Positions 1 through 11,522 of a DNA stretch of 64,000 nucleotides are shown here, one piece after another. The stretch's first letter is position 1; every line of letters begins with the position of its first letter. A model generated the notes under the pieces. It saw only the letters and a list, made by a program, of their open reading frames with translations. It searched no databases and was not told the origin of the DNA. Location of the stretch: contig CP145410.1 of assembly GCA_036867785.1 (NCBI GenBank), forward strand, positions 1,364,001-1,428,000. The letters are read 5' to 3'. Position numbers and translations under genes: made by a program. The stretch comes from Plasmodiophora brassicae (lineage: Eukaryota).

Positions 1-1605
1 ATGCCCATCGAGACAGTGGCTCGAAGCGCACTTCCACAGCGCTATGTGACAGGTCGAGCCAGCCGTGGACCTGGTCGATGCGTCCGTGGACGCTTCCGTC
101 CAAGATCAGCTGGACGGCGAGGTCCTCGACCGCTTCCACGGTGCTGTCCAGTTTCGCAGCAAGCGTCGACAGATTCAGCCGCCGATATGGCTTGATGATG
201 CGGACGAGCGCCCGACTTCGTAACTCGTACAGCAACGAGTCCACATTCTTCTCGATGAACGAGTCCGAGACAATCTGCTTGTAATCGGTTCGCAGCAGGC
301 TTTGAAACTTTTGAATGTCAATGTTGTCGAACGCGTCGCGCAGGCTCACTGAAACGAATCATCGGCAAGGTGTTATCGGGACCAGCAATCGGATCATACT
401 GAATGCTTCAATCTCGGGGTCCCGCTGGTAAACTTTAGCCTCTGTCGCATCGAATGGGTTCATCCGACCGCTCGAGAGCATGTTGGCCATGACAACGTAT
501 TTGAGGCAGCTCCTTGCACGCTCGTGCCCGATCTGCTGATACTGAAGAAACGCGTCCCAGAACTCGGTATAAGCCTGGTCCCATAGGCCCTCGGAAGCAT
601 ATGATTTGCCCCAGCATTCCTGGAATGGGTGTTAACCAGCCGACGACATGGCACACTGATCGGAAGACAACCTGGATGATAGACATCGACCTGGGATCCT
701 TGATCTCAGCAGACAGGTCTTTTGTCTTGACGAAGAGCTCCTTGAGCTGAACGCTGTCACCCTGGGCAGCGAGATATTGTACTTTCAGGGCATACACTTC
801 AAGTAGTTCGGACCCCTTCGACCGGTCGTCTTGCCCATCGGGAAGTTGACAAAGTCGGTGCAGTTCGCGAAGAAGGTCTTCGACGCGGTCCAGGTCGCCC
901 TGTTCCAGAAGGTTGCGGCAAAGCTTGATCGAAATCGTAAAGTACAGGCGCTGCATAGCGGTCAATGCTGGTTCCGTCGGCATACGAAACAAACGTACCT
1001 CCTGGTTGGGCAACTTCTTCAGCTGGTTTCTTGCAACAGTGAACAACTCGACAATAAATTCGGGATTGCCGGATTCGGCGACAGCGTTTAGGATAGAGTT
1101 AATGGCCGCAGAGCGATCGTTGGAGGTGACCTGCATGTCGGTTGACATCGTCATGAGCTCCTACAGTTCAGATCAATCAGAAAGAGATTGGGAGCTCTCC
1201 TAGGAAGTTGACCTCAAACCGCCTAATCATCTCGGTGGTCCTCCCAAGGACGAGATTCAAAGATACGATATGTTCCAGCGCCTTGAACCGTTTGATAAAG
1301 GTCGGCCCCGCTTTCTTTTCCATTGCAAGGCATCGTTCGAATTGCTCCAAGGCAGCAGCTACAGACGTCGCACAGAGTCAGAACACCAACGCATTCCGAA
1401 TATCCTCATCGCACACACCAGGCGCTTTACGTCGATTATCCTCGGCCTCGTAGAACAGGTTATCGATCTGGACGAGCACGTCATCCTCGCCAACGCCGCC
1501 TTGCTGATCCTCCTCGATGTCCTCGAAGTCGCCCCAGTCGCCGTCGCCGCCGTCGTCGAACCCGTCGTCGTCGTCGTCATCCCATCCGTGCTCCGCATCC
1601 GACAT
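1..1605 (-). CDS. CSN2: COP9 signalosome subunit 2 (PCI domain), multi-exon; 3' end probably runs off the window
   Basis: Acidic N-terminus MSDAEHGWDDDD..VQIDNLFYEAED from ATG 1605. ELHRLCQLPDGQDDRSKGSELLEVYALKVQY matches the CSN2 pattern QLHQSCQ..DG.DD.KKG.QLLEIYALEIQ. Later exons carry NCLKYVVMANML..NPFDATEA. Confidence 0.9.
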
Positions 1606-1856
1606 CGACGCTGGAGTCCCTCCGAACAACAGCTGCAATGTGCGCTCGCATTTTATTTTATTCCTTGTCGGCGAGTGGCACTTAATAGGTGCTGTTCGAG
1701 TCAGTTCGAAGGCTGCCGGCGTTGCAGAACTGCCGCTGTGGTTGCCAAAAGGAACACTGAAACCGGAGGACGGCAACCGTTTATTTGGTGAGCGTAGCAC
1801 GTCTTGTCGCGGACAATGAGATGGCGGCGGTTCCGGTTGAGGGGACCCCGTACGCC

Positions 1857-2714
1857 TCAGCGCTGGTACTGCATCTGGGACTGCGGGGAGAACGACTGTG
1901 TCGGGTATCCCTGCTGGACCGTCATCATGGGCTGCATCATGGGCTGCTGGATCATCATGGGCTGGCCGACAACCATAGCAGGCTGGCCGCCCATCATCAT
2001 CATCGGCTGCTGCTGCATCACCATCATCCCGCCTGGCTGTTGCATGATGACACCCGGTTGCTGCATCATGGGCTGTGCAGTCATCATCGGCTGCGCGACG
2101 TAGACGGGCGGCGCCGCCTGCGTCTGCAATGGGTTCAAAGGCGGTGGGCCCGATGGCTGCGGTGGAGCAGCGTGTTTCTGCCTACGACGTAGTTCGGCTG
2201 TCTTGAAATGCCCTGCAAGGGCAGAGGCCAGCCCGAACAGGACCATGAAGACAATCCCGGAGGTCAACAATGGTTTCGTCGCGTGGAACCCAAGCAAGAC
2301 CTGGTTTTTCGGGTTCTTCGAAGGTGACCCGTCATCGGCAACGACACAGTCCATGATAGCATGCTTCGGATACTTCGTCGTTATCGCGGTAGCGACCGTG
2401 CTCTTGTTAACGCCGGCCACCGGGTCGATCAGCTGGATAGAGCCGATGCAATCGCCGCCGCCTTTAGGGCACGGCCAGTCGAGGATGACGACGCCCGCAT
2501 AGCACGGCACAGTGCACGTGTTGTTCGCCGATGTCTTACACGTCAGGGACGTCCGGCAGGCCGTTGTTGTTACGTTCGTCCCGTCGATCGTGCAGGTCGC
2601 CGGCGTCAGGCTCTGGTTCAGTTTGACGTTGACCCCGAACCCGATCAGGCATCCGACGCCAATGCACATGAAGACGAACGATGCAATCGAGGTCACGATC
2701 ACCCGGAACCCCAT
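1857..2714 (-). CDS. Two-TM membrane protein with Cys-rich glycosylated loop and Q/P/M-rich cytosolic tail (KCNMB/TipE-like topology)
   Basis: Intronless ORF from ATG 2714. TM1 FRVIVTSIASFVFMCIGVGCLIGF; loop with multiple Cys and N-x-S/T sites; TM2 LLTSGIVFMVLFGLASALA; basic stop-transfer RRRQK; PPVY motif and QPMM repeats. Confidence 0.7.
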   Translation of the reverse strand: MGFRVIVTSIASFVFMCIGVGCLIGFGVNVKLNQSLTPATCTIDGTNVTTTACRTSLTCKTSANNTCTVPCYAGVVILDWPCPKGGGDCIGSIQLIDPVAGVNKSTVATAITTKYPKHAIMDCVVADDGSPSKNPKNQVLLGFHATKPLLTSGIVFMVLFGLASALAGHFKTAELRRRQKHAAPPQPSGPPPLNPLQTQAAPPVYVAQPMMTAQPMMQQPGVIMQQPGGMMVMQQQPMMMMGGQPAMVVGQPMMIQQPMMQPMMTVQQGYPTQSFSPQSQMQYQR

Positions 2715-2877
2715 CGTTGCAACTATTACTTCGTCGACCGTTGAGATCAAATACCGTACCCTTCTGCCTCCTTCCTGTGAATATCAGATCCAACGTGACG
2801 TACCGCTATCGTATGCACATCGACCGACCACCGTACGGGTAACATGATGTAGCGCGGCTTGAACATTGACTGTATTG

Positions 2878-4656
2878 CTACAGGTTCAGCAGATCGCGCT
2901 TCTGCTGAGTTAATGCGTTCTCCATTAGGCTGAGGCGTTGTGCCTGCGCGTCGATCGTGCTCCTCATGCTGACGATCAGGTTGTCCTTCTTGGCTATCGC
3001 CGCTCGAACTTTCGCTTCCACTTGCATCATTTCAGATACATGCTGCTTTTCCGCGTCCGATATACGCGACCGAAGCTCTTCCAGAACGGCTTCCGTCTGC
3101 GCCGATGACGTCTTCGTCCGCGTTTCTGTCTCAGCCAACCTCTGCGCCCACGCCTGATCGCACGACTGCAGTCTTTCGTTCCATTCATGGTCACTGACGC
3201 TTCGCTCAGCCTCGATCCGCGACACTCGCGTCTGTAGCACGTCGCATAGCTCCTTCGACTTGCCCAGCTCGGTTTGCAATTGACCAGCACGAAGCTGACC
3301 TTGCTCGGCGGCCTCCCTGGCCTTGGCGAACGCCTTCTTCAGTTCGTCGTGTCGTGCTCGCCACATGGCCTCACATTCGGCCAGCTTCGCAAACGAAGCA
3401 TCTGCGTCGCGTCGTCGTTGTTGCTCGGCGTGTTGCTTAGCCGCAGACGCTTCGGCGCTCAGCTTTTCGACGACGACCCCGATTTGTTGGTCGCGCTCCC
3501 GAAGCAGGCGTTCGCGGTATTCCTGCTCGCGCTTAGCCAACTCCTGTTGAAGGCGTTCGCTTCGTTCGTGATCACGCTCATCGAACTCGATCTGGAAGCG
3601 TTCCTTGGCGCGAGCCAGATCGCTGGCCGCCTTTCGCTGCCAGGCCTCCCGGGCCTCTTCGTGCTGGGCCTTCATCGCCGCCATCTTATCGTCGGCGGCT
3701 TGTTGTGCCATTCGCAGGGCCTCTTCGAACTCGGCAACTTCACGCTGCCGCACCTCTGTCCACTTGGCGCGTTCGACGTCGAATTCGCGAAGCAGGATGC
3801 TTCGTACGGATGCGATCTCTGCTTGATGTTGCTGGGAACGCTCCAACAGTTCGGCAGTGCGATCCTTCTCCATTGCCCTCATTTGCTCGTCAAACTCCTT
3901 TGTCATGGCATTCTTGGCGGATTGCACGCGATTGAACGCCTCCCGGTTCATGACGCTCTTCAGCTGCGCCATCTCCTTCTCGTGCCGCTCCGCTAGGTCT
4001 CGTAGGGCCTTGGCGTGCTTGGTGTCACGAGATTGCAGCTTGCCATGCACCTCGTTCTGAAGGTTGGCACGCAGGACGTCCTGCTTCTCCTTGGCCCACA
4101 GTGCACGGCGAACACGTTCGCCGTCTTCCCATTCCTTCCTCAGCCGCTCGATCCGCTGTGCCCAGGCACGCTCGCGTTCCTGAAGCGTGGCTTCCCCGGA
4201 CTGCCGGACGGATTCGATCTCCCTCGTCAGCACCTCGCCCTTCTCCGTGAGCGCCTTCTTGTCCTCTAAGAGCTGGTCCACGAATTGCAGCTGTCGCTCC
4301 AGCGCTTTCTCGTACTCGACGCGCTGTTCGTTCATCTTGCGCACGAGGTCGGCATTGGCGCGCTCCAACGCCTGCCCGTTGCTCTTCCGCGCCTTCTGCA
4401 ACGCGCTTTCCAGGGACGCGATCCGGCCCTGGTTCCGTTTGTTCACGAGTTTAAGTTCGACGAGCTGCGTCTTGACCTTGTCGACGATGACGTCCGACGG
4501 CGGCCGGGCCGGCTGACCACTTCCATCACCTAGGTCGACCAGCGGCTTCCTGTTTTGGTCGCGGTTCTCCGAGCACTCATCCAGGAACGAGAAGATCGAA
4601 CGCAGGCTCTTCGAGCGCTGGCCGGCGCTTTCCTCGTCGCCTGGATCCGTCGTCAT
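2878..4656 (-). CDS. CEP131: Centrosomal/centriolar-satellite coiled-coil protein CEP131 (AZI1) homolog
   Basis: Intronless 592 aa. LRSIFSFLDE, YEKALERQLQFVDQLLEDKKALTEK, REQEYRERLLRERDQQIGVVVEKL and VEAKVRAAIAKKD each match remembered CEP131 blocks in the same order. Confidence 0.85.
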   Translation of the reverse strand: MTTDPGDEESAGQRSKSLRSIFSFLDECSENRDQNRKPLVDLGDGSGQPARPPSDVIVDKVKTQLVELKLVNKRNQGRIASLESALQKARKSNGQALERANADLVRKMNEQRVEYEKALERQLQFVDQLLEDKKALTEKGEVLTREIESVRQSGEATLQERERAWAQRIERLRKEWEDGERVRRALWAKEKQDVLRANLQNEVHGKLQSRDTKHAKALRDLAERHEKEMAQLKSVMNREAFNRVQSAKNAMTKEFDEQMRAMEKDRTAELLERSQQHQAEIASVRSILLREFDVERAKWTEVRQREVAEFEEALRMAQQAADDKMAAMKAQHEEAREAWQRKAASDLARAKERFQIEFDERDHERSERLQQELAKREQEYRERLLRERDQQIGVVVEKLSAEASAAKQHAEQQRRRDADASFAKLAECEAMWRARHDELKKAFAKAREAAEQGQLRAGQLQTELGKSKELCDVLQTRVSRIEAERSVSDHEWNERLQSCDQAWAQRLAETETRTKTSSAQTEAVLEELRSRISDAEKQHVSEMMQVEAKVRAAIAKKDNLIVSMRSTIDAQAQRLSLMENALTQQKRDLLNL

Positions 4657-4726
4657 CGGCTACCGGCGTACCGTCCGATTGCTGATGGCATGCCGTCTCG
4701 CAGTCGCAACCGTCACACTGACCACC

Positions 4727-6352
4727 ATGAGCCCAAGCCTCCCTCGCCCTGACTGTGTTTGGCAGTTATACCCGAGTGAATTCGGGGGGGAACAACACCC
4801 ACTCGGGCGCCGTGGCGTGGCAGTGGACGACGCCAAGTCCGGGGGGCATCGGGTCACACGCGGCATCGCTTTCGACCCATCTGTGTATGTTCTCGGGGGG
4901 CAACGGCCTATCGTCATCGCCCCATGCCCGGTCGGCGTCCACGTCACCGGCCGTCGGCGTGGCTCAGCGGCAATCGCTGCGATCGGTGACGTCGAGTGTC
5001 AGTCCGGAGAAGAAGGCGGCGGCGGCGGCGGAATCCCCGTCGTCGTCGCCGGCCAGGGCGGCACGGTTGCAGAGACTGCTCAGCGAGAAGGAGATTGACC
5101 TCGGTTGTTGATGTTCGGTAGTGCGGTACCGTGGGCGCTGACGACTGTCGGTAGATAAACTGAGGAAGCTGTGCTGGACGGGAATCGCGCCGGAATACAG
5201 AGCACACGCCTGGCTTGTCATGCTGCACGTGCTGCCGGTCGCTCCGGACCAGTGGCCGGCGATGGTCCAGAAACGTCTGAATTCGTACCGCGAGTTGGTC
5301 CAGGGTAACTACAACCTGGATGAGTCGCAGCAGACTGCACAGATGCATAACACGCTGAAGCAGGTAGACGGTCAATCGTATCGCCAGACCTTCGTTTACA
5401 CCCGTTTTGATGTTCCCCTGCGCGCCCAGATTCAGAAGGATGCCCCCAGAACACATCCCGACCTGCCCGTATTCCAGCACCCTCGTATCCAGGAACTTCT
5501 TGTTCGTTTATTGTACATTTGGGCAGTGCGGCACCCGGCCACCGGATACGTCCAAGGTACCACCCTGGCAACAACCCCCTGTTCACTTTCGACAGCTCAA
5601 TCCTGCGGCAGGCATGAACGACTTGGTGTCGCCGTTTATCTATGTCTTCTTGGCTGATCACTGCAAGGGAATCTTTGAAGACATCAACCTTGACAGCATC
5701 GATGATGCCGCGTTGGAGCTGGTGGAATCGAGGAGCTTTTTCTGCTTCAGCAAGATCTCGGATCTGATACCGGATAATTATCTGTTCGGGCAGCCTGGTT
5801 CGTTAACATGGCAGCGGCTACTGTGCGGACGCCCTTATAGTATTGGTCAGGCATCCAGCGAATGCTGTACCGGTTCGAGCAGCTGGTTAAACGAATTGAA
5901 GGTCAGATATTGCTTCCCGCCTGATTCACGTTTTGACACCTGTTATCCAGCGCCCTTGTACAATCACCTAATCGAGACAGACGTACAGTTTCTGCAATTT
6001 GGTTTCCGCTGGATGAACTGCTACTTGATTCGCGAAATGCCTTTGGACATGATCGTTCGTCTATGGGATACTTACATCAGCGACGACCAGAACGCTGGTT
6101 TCACAGCGTTCCACGTCTACGCTACGACCTCGCTGCTAGTTTACTATGGCCCCCAGCTCATGGTTGGTCATCGGTGGCCATTGCGCTTGCTTCTGCGTTG
6201 ATATTCACACGTTCCTGCAGGGTCTGAATTTCCCAGATATCCTGATGTTTCTTCAAAACCTTCCGACCAGATCGCTGACACCTCAAGACGTAGATTCGAT
6301 ACTTTCGCAAGCATTTGTCTACCAATCACTATTCTCCAGCACTAAATTCTGA
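4727..6352 (+). CDS. TBC-domain Rab GTPase-activating protein, TBC1D22/GYP1 type, multi-exon
   Basis: LRKLCWTGIAPEYRAHAW, IQKDAPRT (R finger), LYIWAVRHPATGYVQG|MNDL (Q finger) and QFGFRWMNCYLIREMPLDMIVRLWDTY. Stop TGA at 6350-6352. Start codon uncertain. Confidence 0.9.
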
Positions 6353-6354
6353 CG

Positions 6355-7111
6355 CTATTGTTTATCGTTTTGCCTTGCTTCGTTTGTGGCATGTTTGAAC
6401 GCCATTTCAAGCATATAGATCGGGGTGTTTCCAGCGCCTTCAGGCAGCTCGAGCTGTACCTGGGTGCTGCAGTAAGTCGCCGGCACCACCGTGTGTGACC
6501 TCTTCGTACCTTTGACATGACAGCAAAGAACGTTGACGCCATCGACATAAAGCTTTCGACGTTCACCTTGGCCCTTTCCTGGTATGCGAGCAGAACGCGC
6601 TTAGGCCGAAGACCCACCATTGTTGTTACCAGTGGTACGAAACTTTCTTCCTTGTATAAGACGTCAGCCGCAACAAGAACATCGCACCCCTGGAGCGACC
6701 CGTCAATCGAGTCCCCCCAGTTCAGCGCAGCAACGGTTGGCTGGTGCGGCAAACGACGGTCGTTAATTTGCGCTTCTAGCAGCCGAACCAAATCGCGACG
6801 ATCCGTCAAGCAGACCCGGGCTGAAACGTGACGCTATCAGTCCTCGGAAACCTCGATGGGGTCAGTGCTGGCATACCGCCTCGACAAGCCAGGGTTAACC
6901 CCACGATACCAGTGCCCGCCCCCAGCTCAACACAGTTCACGTCGCGGAAATCGCCATCCTCCCGAGCGAAGTGCCGCGCCATCGCCAGCCCGGCCGGCCA
7001 GACGACCGCGCCGACGGCCTCACCAGGACAATCCAGAACGTGCAGGTGGCCGACGACCCCGCCGACCCACACGGATCGTCTGCGACGGCGAAGCCTCCGC
7101 CGGCGCTCCAT
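6355..7111 (-). CDS. Seven-beta-strand lysine methyltransferase, METTL21/family 16
   Basis: GAVVWPAGLAMA, motif I CVELGAGTGIVGL, ALNWG and DVLVAADVLY. Last exon VQLELPEGAGNTPIYMLEM..DKQ* ends at TAG 6355-6357. An alternative ATG lies at 7138. Confidence 0.85.
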
Positions 7112-7336
7112 GTGGCAGGATCGTAGCAGCTCGTTCATCACGCCGGACAGTGGTCAGCCGGGTGTCGGGCGACGCCGTCGCGATCGCGCGACACGATTTT
7201 GACGCACATCCTGCGAACCCTTATCGTTGCCAGCAACGGTGGGCCACTTCGGCGGCGCTCTGTGACTGCGAATGCACAGGGACGGCTGCTGCGCTTGCAG
7301 GCAGACGGGCCGTCTGCCGCGCTGGACGACAGCGAC

Positions 7337-9041
7337 ATGGAGCGGCGCGTTCCGTCTCCGCTGCGGCGCTTGCCCCGATGGAGTCGACTAGCGGGGAGTA
7401 AGGTCGCCGGCCACGAAGACCCGCAGGGCGGGATCGGCATTCGCCACGACCTCAACGTGAAACTCGTGCTGTTCAAAGGCGACATCTGCAGCCTGCCGGT
7501 GGACGCGATCGTCTGCTCGACGAACGAACCGCTGACAGGGGACCCGGACGACATCTCCGGTCGCATCATGCGGATGGCAGGTGCTGGTCTGGCAGGTCGG
7601 CATGTCCGCTCGAGGCATTCCCATCACTGGCGCTTACGTGCCACACACAGTTGAAATACGACATATTGCAAGGACGTGCCATGCGGGGTCGTTCGTGACG
7701 ACGGGCGCATACAATCTGCCCGCCAAGTTCATCGTGCACACTGTGCCTCCCCGATGGTGCCGATGCGTTGTCGTCACCGCCCTGATTCGCGACCCGTTCC
7801 TGACCGTGGAGCAGGTCGGCCAAGTACCAGACTGCTGCCGAATCGTCGCTGCATGCCTGCTACCGGTCTGCGTTCCAGGTCGCTGCTGAGCGCTCCCTGG
7901 CGTCCATCGCCATCCCGGTCATCAGCAGGCCCGATCGAGGGTTCCCCCGTCAGGCCGCGACGCACATTGCCCTAAGGTGTGTGACCGCCGACTGTCTCCC
8001 CCTGGACGCGTGTCTAAGCGGTCGTGCTCCAGGACGATCAGGAAGTCACTGGAGCAGCCGGCCACGGCCGCTCTGCATACGGTCGGTCTGGTCGTCGATT
8101 CCGATGAAGACCTTGCCCTGTACAGGGCGACAATGGCGTTGTACTTCCCGAGAACGCCCGCGGAACTGCGATCGTCCCACGAGGCCATCGCCGAGCTTGG
8201 TGCATTCGATGACGACGGCGGCCGCATCATCGAGCCTCGACAGATACGAATCGGCCCAGGGCCAGGAAGCAACCTCGCCAAGCAGTCGTCGGGTACGTTC
8301 AGCGACATATTCCAGATGAAGGAGGGGCCGGATGAGGCCCGGCAACGTCCTGTGCAGCGACCATCCCCGCCCAGGACCAAGGCGAACGATCGGAAACGCG
8401 AGGAATTGTACGCCGACCTGCTGACCCGCGCCTCGTCAACCGCTTTCGACGATTTCGATATGCAGGGGTGGCTGTACCAGTCGGGGACGTGCCCGGATGG
8501 AAGGTGGCGCGCATGTCGGGTATGACGCAATCACCGACGTTTAGTACGGGGTATAGGCCGATCATTGTTGTGGCGGCGTGCAACGTCGTCTTCTCCAAGG
8601 GCGACCGCATGCGCATGATCATGTACGTGATCCGCAAGCTGGACCGCCTCGTCGACCAGCAGTACGTCGTCGTCTATTGCCACAACGAGGCCTCCCGGAC
8701 GGGCACGCCCATGCCCGATTTCGCCTGGATCCAGCGCCTGTATCGCACGCTGACCCGAAAGTCGGTCAGCGCCCCACGATATCCCCGTTGCCGATGACGT
8801 TACAACAGTCATGCTGTGCAGGTACAGGAAGCACCTGGAGTGCTTCTACATCCTGCATCCGACGCGGTGGGTCCGCCTCATGCACGCCATGCTGCGCCCG
8901 TTCGTATCGAGCAAGGTCGTACTCAAGGTGCGCCTCATCGAATCCCTGGATGAACTCTACGCCGCACTGGATCGGCGCGTCCTCCGATTGCCCAGACCCG
9001 TTCTGGAACTCGACGAGAAGCGCAATACACGTCGAGTGTAA
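7337..9041 (+). CDS. GDAP2: GDAP2-like protein (macro domain plus CRAL-TRIO/SEC14-like domain), multi-exon
   Basis: Macro domain: LVLFKGDICSLPVDAIV, TGAYNLPAKFIVHTVPP, KYQTAAESSLHACYRS. CRAL-TRIO part: MYVIRKLDRLVDQQYVVVYCH, YRKHLECFYILHPT, RPFVSSKVVLKV. Confidence 0.85.
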
Positions 9042-9376
9042 AACGCCAGGCCCGGTCGGTCTCCCTCAACGGGATCGCCGCCGCGTACCAGATCAAATAA
9101 CGACGTCGTTATGGTGTTCGGTTCTTCGCGGCGACGATGTTCCATAGTCCCTGTAGACAGCTACGATGATGATAGGACGTTGGGCAGCGAACGCGTTCAG
9201 CTCTGTATGACAGCAGGGGAAGGTCCAGGCCTTCGGAAACCATCCGCAGAGGGCGATCGCTGTCCCGCTGATGGTGGACCTGGTCGTCACCCATTCTTTG
9301 TCGTGGTGAGTGGTACTTCCGGGAGAGTACAACCCTTGCTGACACACAGGCGCGGTCGTCTTAGGTCAAAGATTCA

Positions 9377-10656
9377 ATGGCGAGCGCTCTCGTGGAGCTG
9401 GATCGCAGACTGGTTTCCAGCACCGGCACCCATCTACTGAGCCGGAAGACGCCGAAACCTGCTTTTGGACGAACGGTGAGCCCTGGTCAGGTTGCCATTT
9501 GGAGCCGCAACGGTCGGCCGATTGTCGCCATTCAGCCTGGGAACTACTGGAACTGGTGTGCAACCTTATCAGGACTGACGAGCAAGGGCCTTATGCGTGG
9601 CTTGCTAGGTCAATCCGACATAAGTTCCACGCCATCTCCGACCTCGCCGTGCCTATTGACGCGTTGGGGCTAACTGCCGCACAAGCTGGGCCATCAGAAG
9701 CCATCGTCGTTCAGGTAGGACTCCGGAAACCCCTATCGTTCATGGTCCAGTATAACGGGCTGGGAACAGGATCCTCAGAACCGTAACATTGGGAGATCGT
9801 GTCGCGTGTGAATAACGACAAACTGAATGATCCTCCGTCAGGCGTGTTCGTCGTCCGAAACGGGGCCGGTTTCGCCGCGTATGGAATGTATGGCAGGTTC
9901 CGGATCATTGCCATCGTCAACATGACGAGTTTGGGCGACGAATGCGTCGTCAAGGACAGACATGCGAATCGTATCTTGGGATGGAAGAAGGACATCCTCA
10001 CCAAGTCCTCCGATGGGCGGACCTTATCCACTGCCGCCACTTTCCTGCATATTCCTCCATGCAGAGTCGCTGTCATGCAAAACCGTCACCATATGTCTAT
10101 CTTACAGCCAGGGCAGCACTTCATCACCGAACCGTCGACCACTTTCAGACGTAAAACAACGAGCGAGCATGGGCGCTGCACCCCCGTTGTCTAATGCATG
10201 CAAATGGCGACAGGGTTCTATTCGACCAGCGATCAGCAGATGACTTTCGAGACGCTGCCATCGGTGACAGCAGATGGAGTCACCATAACGTTCTGCATTA
10301 CTGTTCGAGTTCGAATCGTCGACCCGTTGCAACTAGCCCCACACTACGACGACGCATTCGACGTTATCAGAAACCCGGCCCAGGCCGCCGTTAACGACTT
10401 TGTGTCCCGGTCAACGATGACTCGGTTCCTCCACGCGACCTACAAGCGAACGTCGCACCAGGGCGAGGGCGACGAGGGCGTCGTGTTCTGGATCGACGCG
10501 TTTCGACAAACCTGCCTGGACGGTTTGGCCCGATGCGCGCGTCCTTACGGCGTGCAGGTCGAGTCATTCGACGTATTGAACCACGAGATCCGTCCTGGCA
10601 TCCGTGCTCTCCCTGCCACGCTCATGCTCCCACTGCATGAGAAACCTTGGTCTTAG
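9377..10656 (+). CDS. SPFH/band-7 domain protein (flotillin/vacuolin-like), copy 1, apparently lacking the C-terminal coiled coil
   Basis: Multi-exon. QMTFETLPSVTADGVTITFCITVRVRIVDP..YDDAFDVIRNPAQAAVND..YGVQVESFDV is a band-7 pattern. Colinear with the paralog at 11523-13492. Confidence 0.7.
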
Positions 10657-11522
10657 CGCGACACCATACACAGTATCGTGGCATAGCTGCCTTTTGTCTG
10701 TGGCGGCAGCGTTGTAAAAGCTGAAGGGACCTGGGATGGGCGACGCGCGAACAATCTTCTCAAGGCTCATAGTCCCGTTGGCGAGACAGTATCGTCACCG
10801 GAATCAGGGAGATTCGTCGTGCGGTCGGACCGTTTGTGCCGCAACGTCTGTGGTTAGGTCATCTACTGTAAAGCGTGACACTGAGGCGCGATCGGCCAGT
10901 CATGGCGTCTGGCCAGTACAGGGAAGCGGCGGATAGCTCTGGAGGGTCGCTAGGCGCCAGGGAAAAACGCGTCAATGGCTCGACGACACGAATTAGCATA
11001 CAATATCGCCCACTCGTCGCAGCACTGAAGCAGGTGCATTGAACCTCTGGGGCCCGCACGTCTGACGATGGCGAGGAATGCCATTTCCAGGTCGGTATCG
11101 TGGAGGCACGCCGCCTCCTGCGTCTTGCCCCTCGGCAGGCGTTGTCAGGGCAGTACTTTTGGCTCAGCCATCGTTCCATGAACGGTTGCCCAGATTCTTC
11201 ACACGGGACCGAATCCTGGAGACGCTCCATTGGCTGGTTCGGCGGTATCCGACCGAGCCTCATGTAGACGTGCAACCGTGGCGACAGTGGCAAACGTGTC
11301 CGGCACAATTCCATAGTCGGACGCCAACGCCACGCTGAGCCGTTCGGCAGGGCGTGCCGCGCCCCATGGCACGGGTTGCCTTTGGCTGGCGTGCCCTTTC
11401 GGTGTAGTGAATCTGGGGATTCTTCCTTCCGCATTATAGTTAGGCCAGCAGTCGCCGTAACTCATGCAATCGCCATCGATTAACGCGACCGAGTGTTACG
11501 TGTGTCGTATTGATCGTGCGAA

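Noticed and set aside
7100-7350. Divergent methyltransferase and GDAP2 genes both beginning MERR
   Set aside because: Only ~9 nt of inverted identity, which is likely chance.
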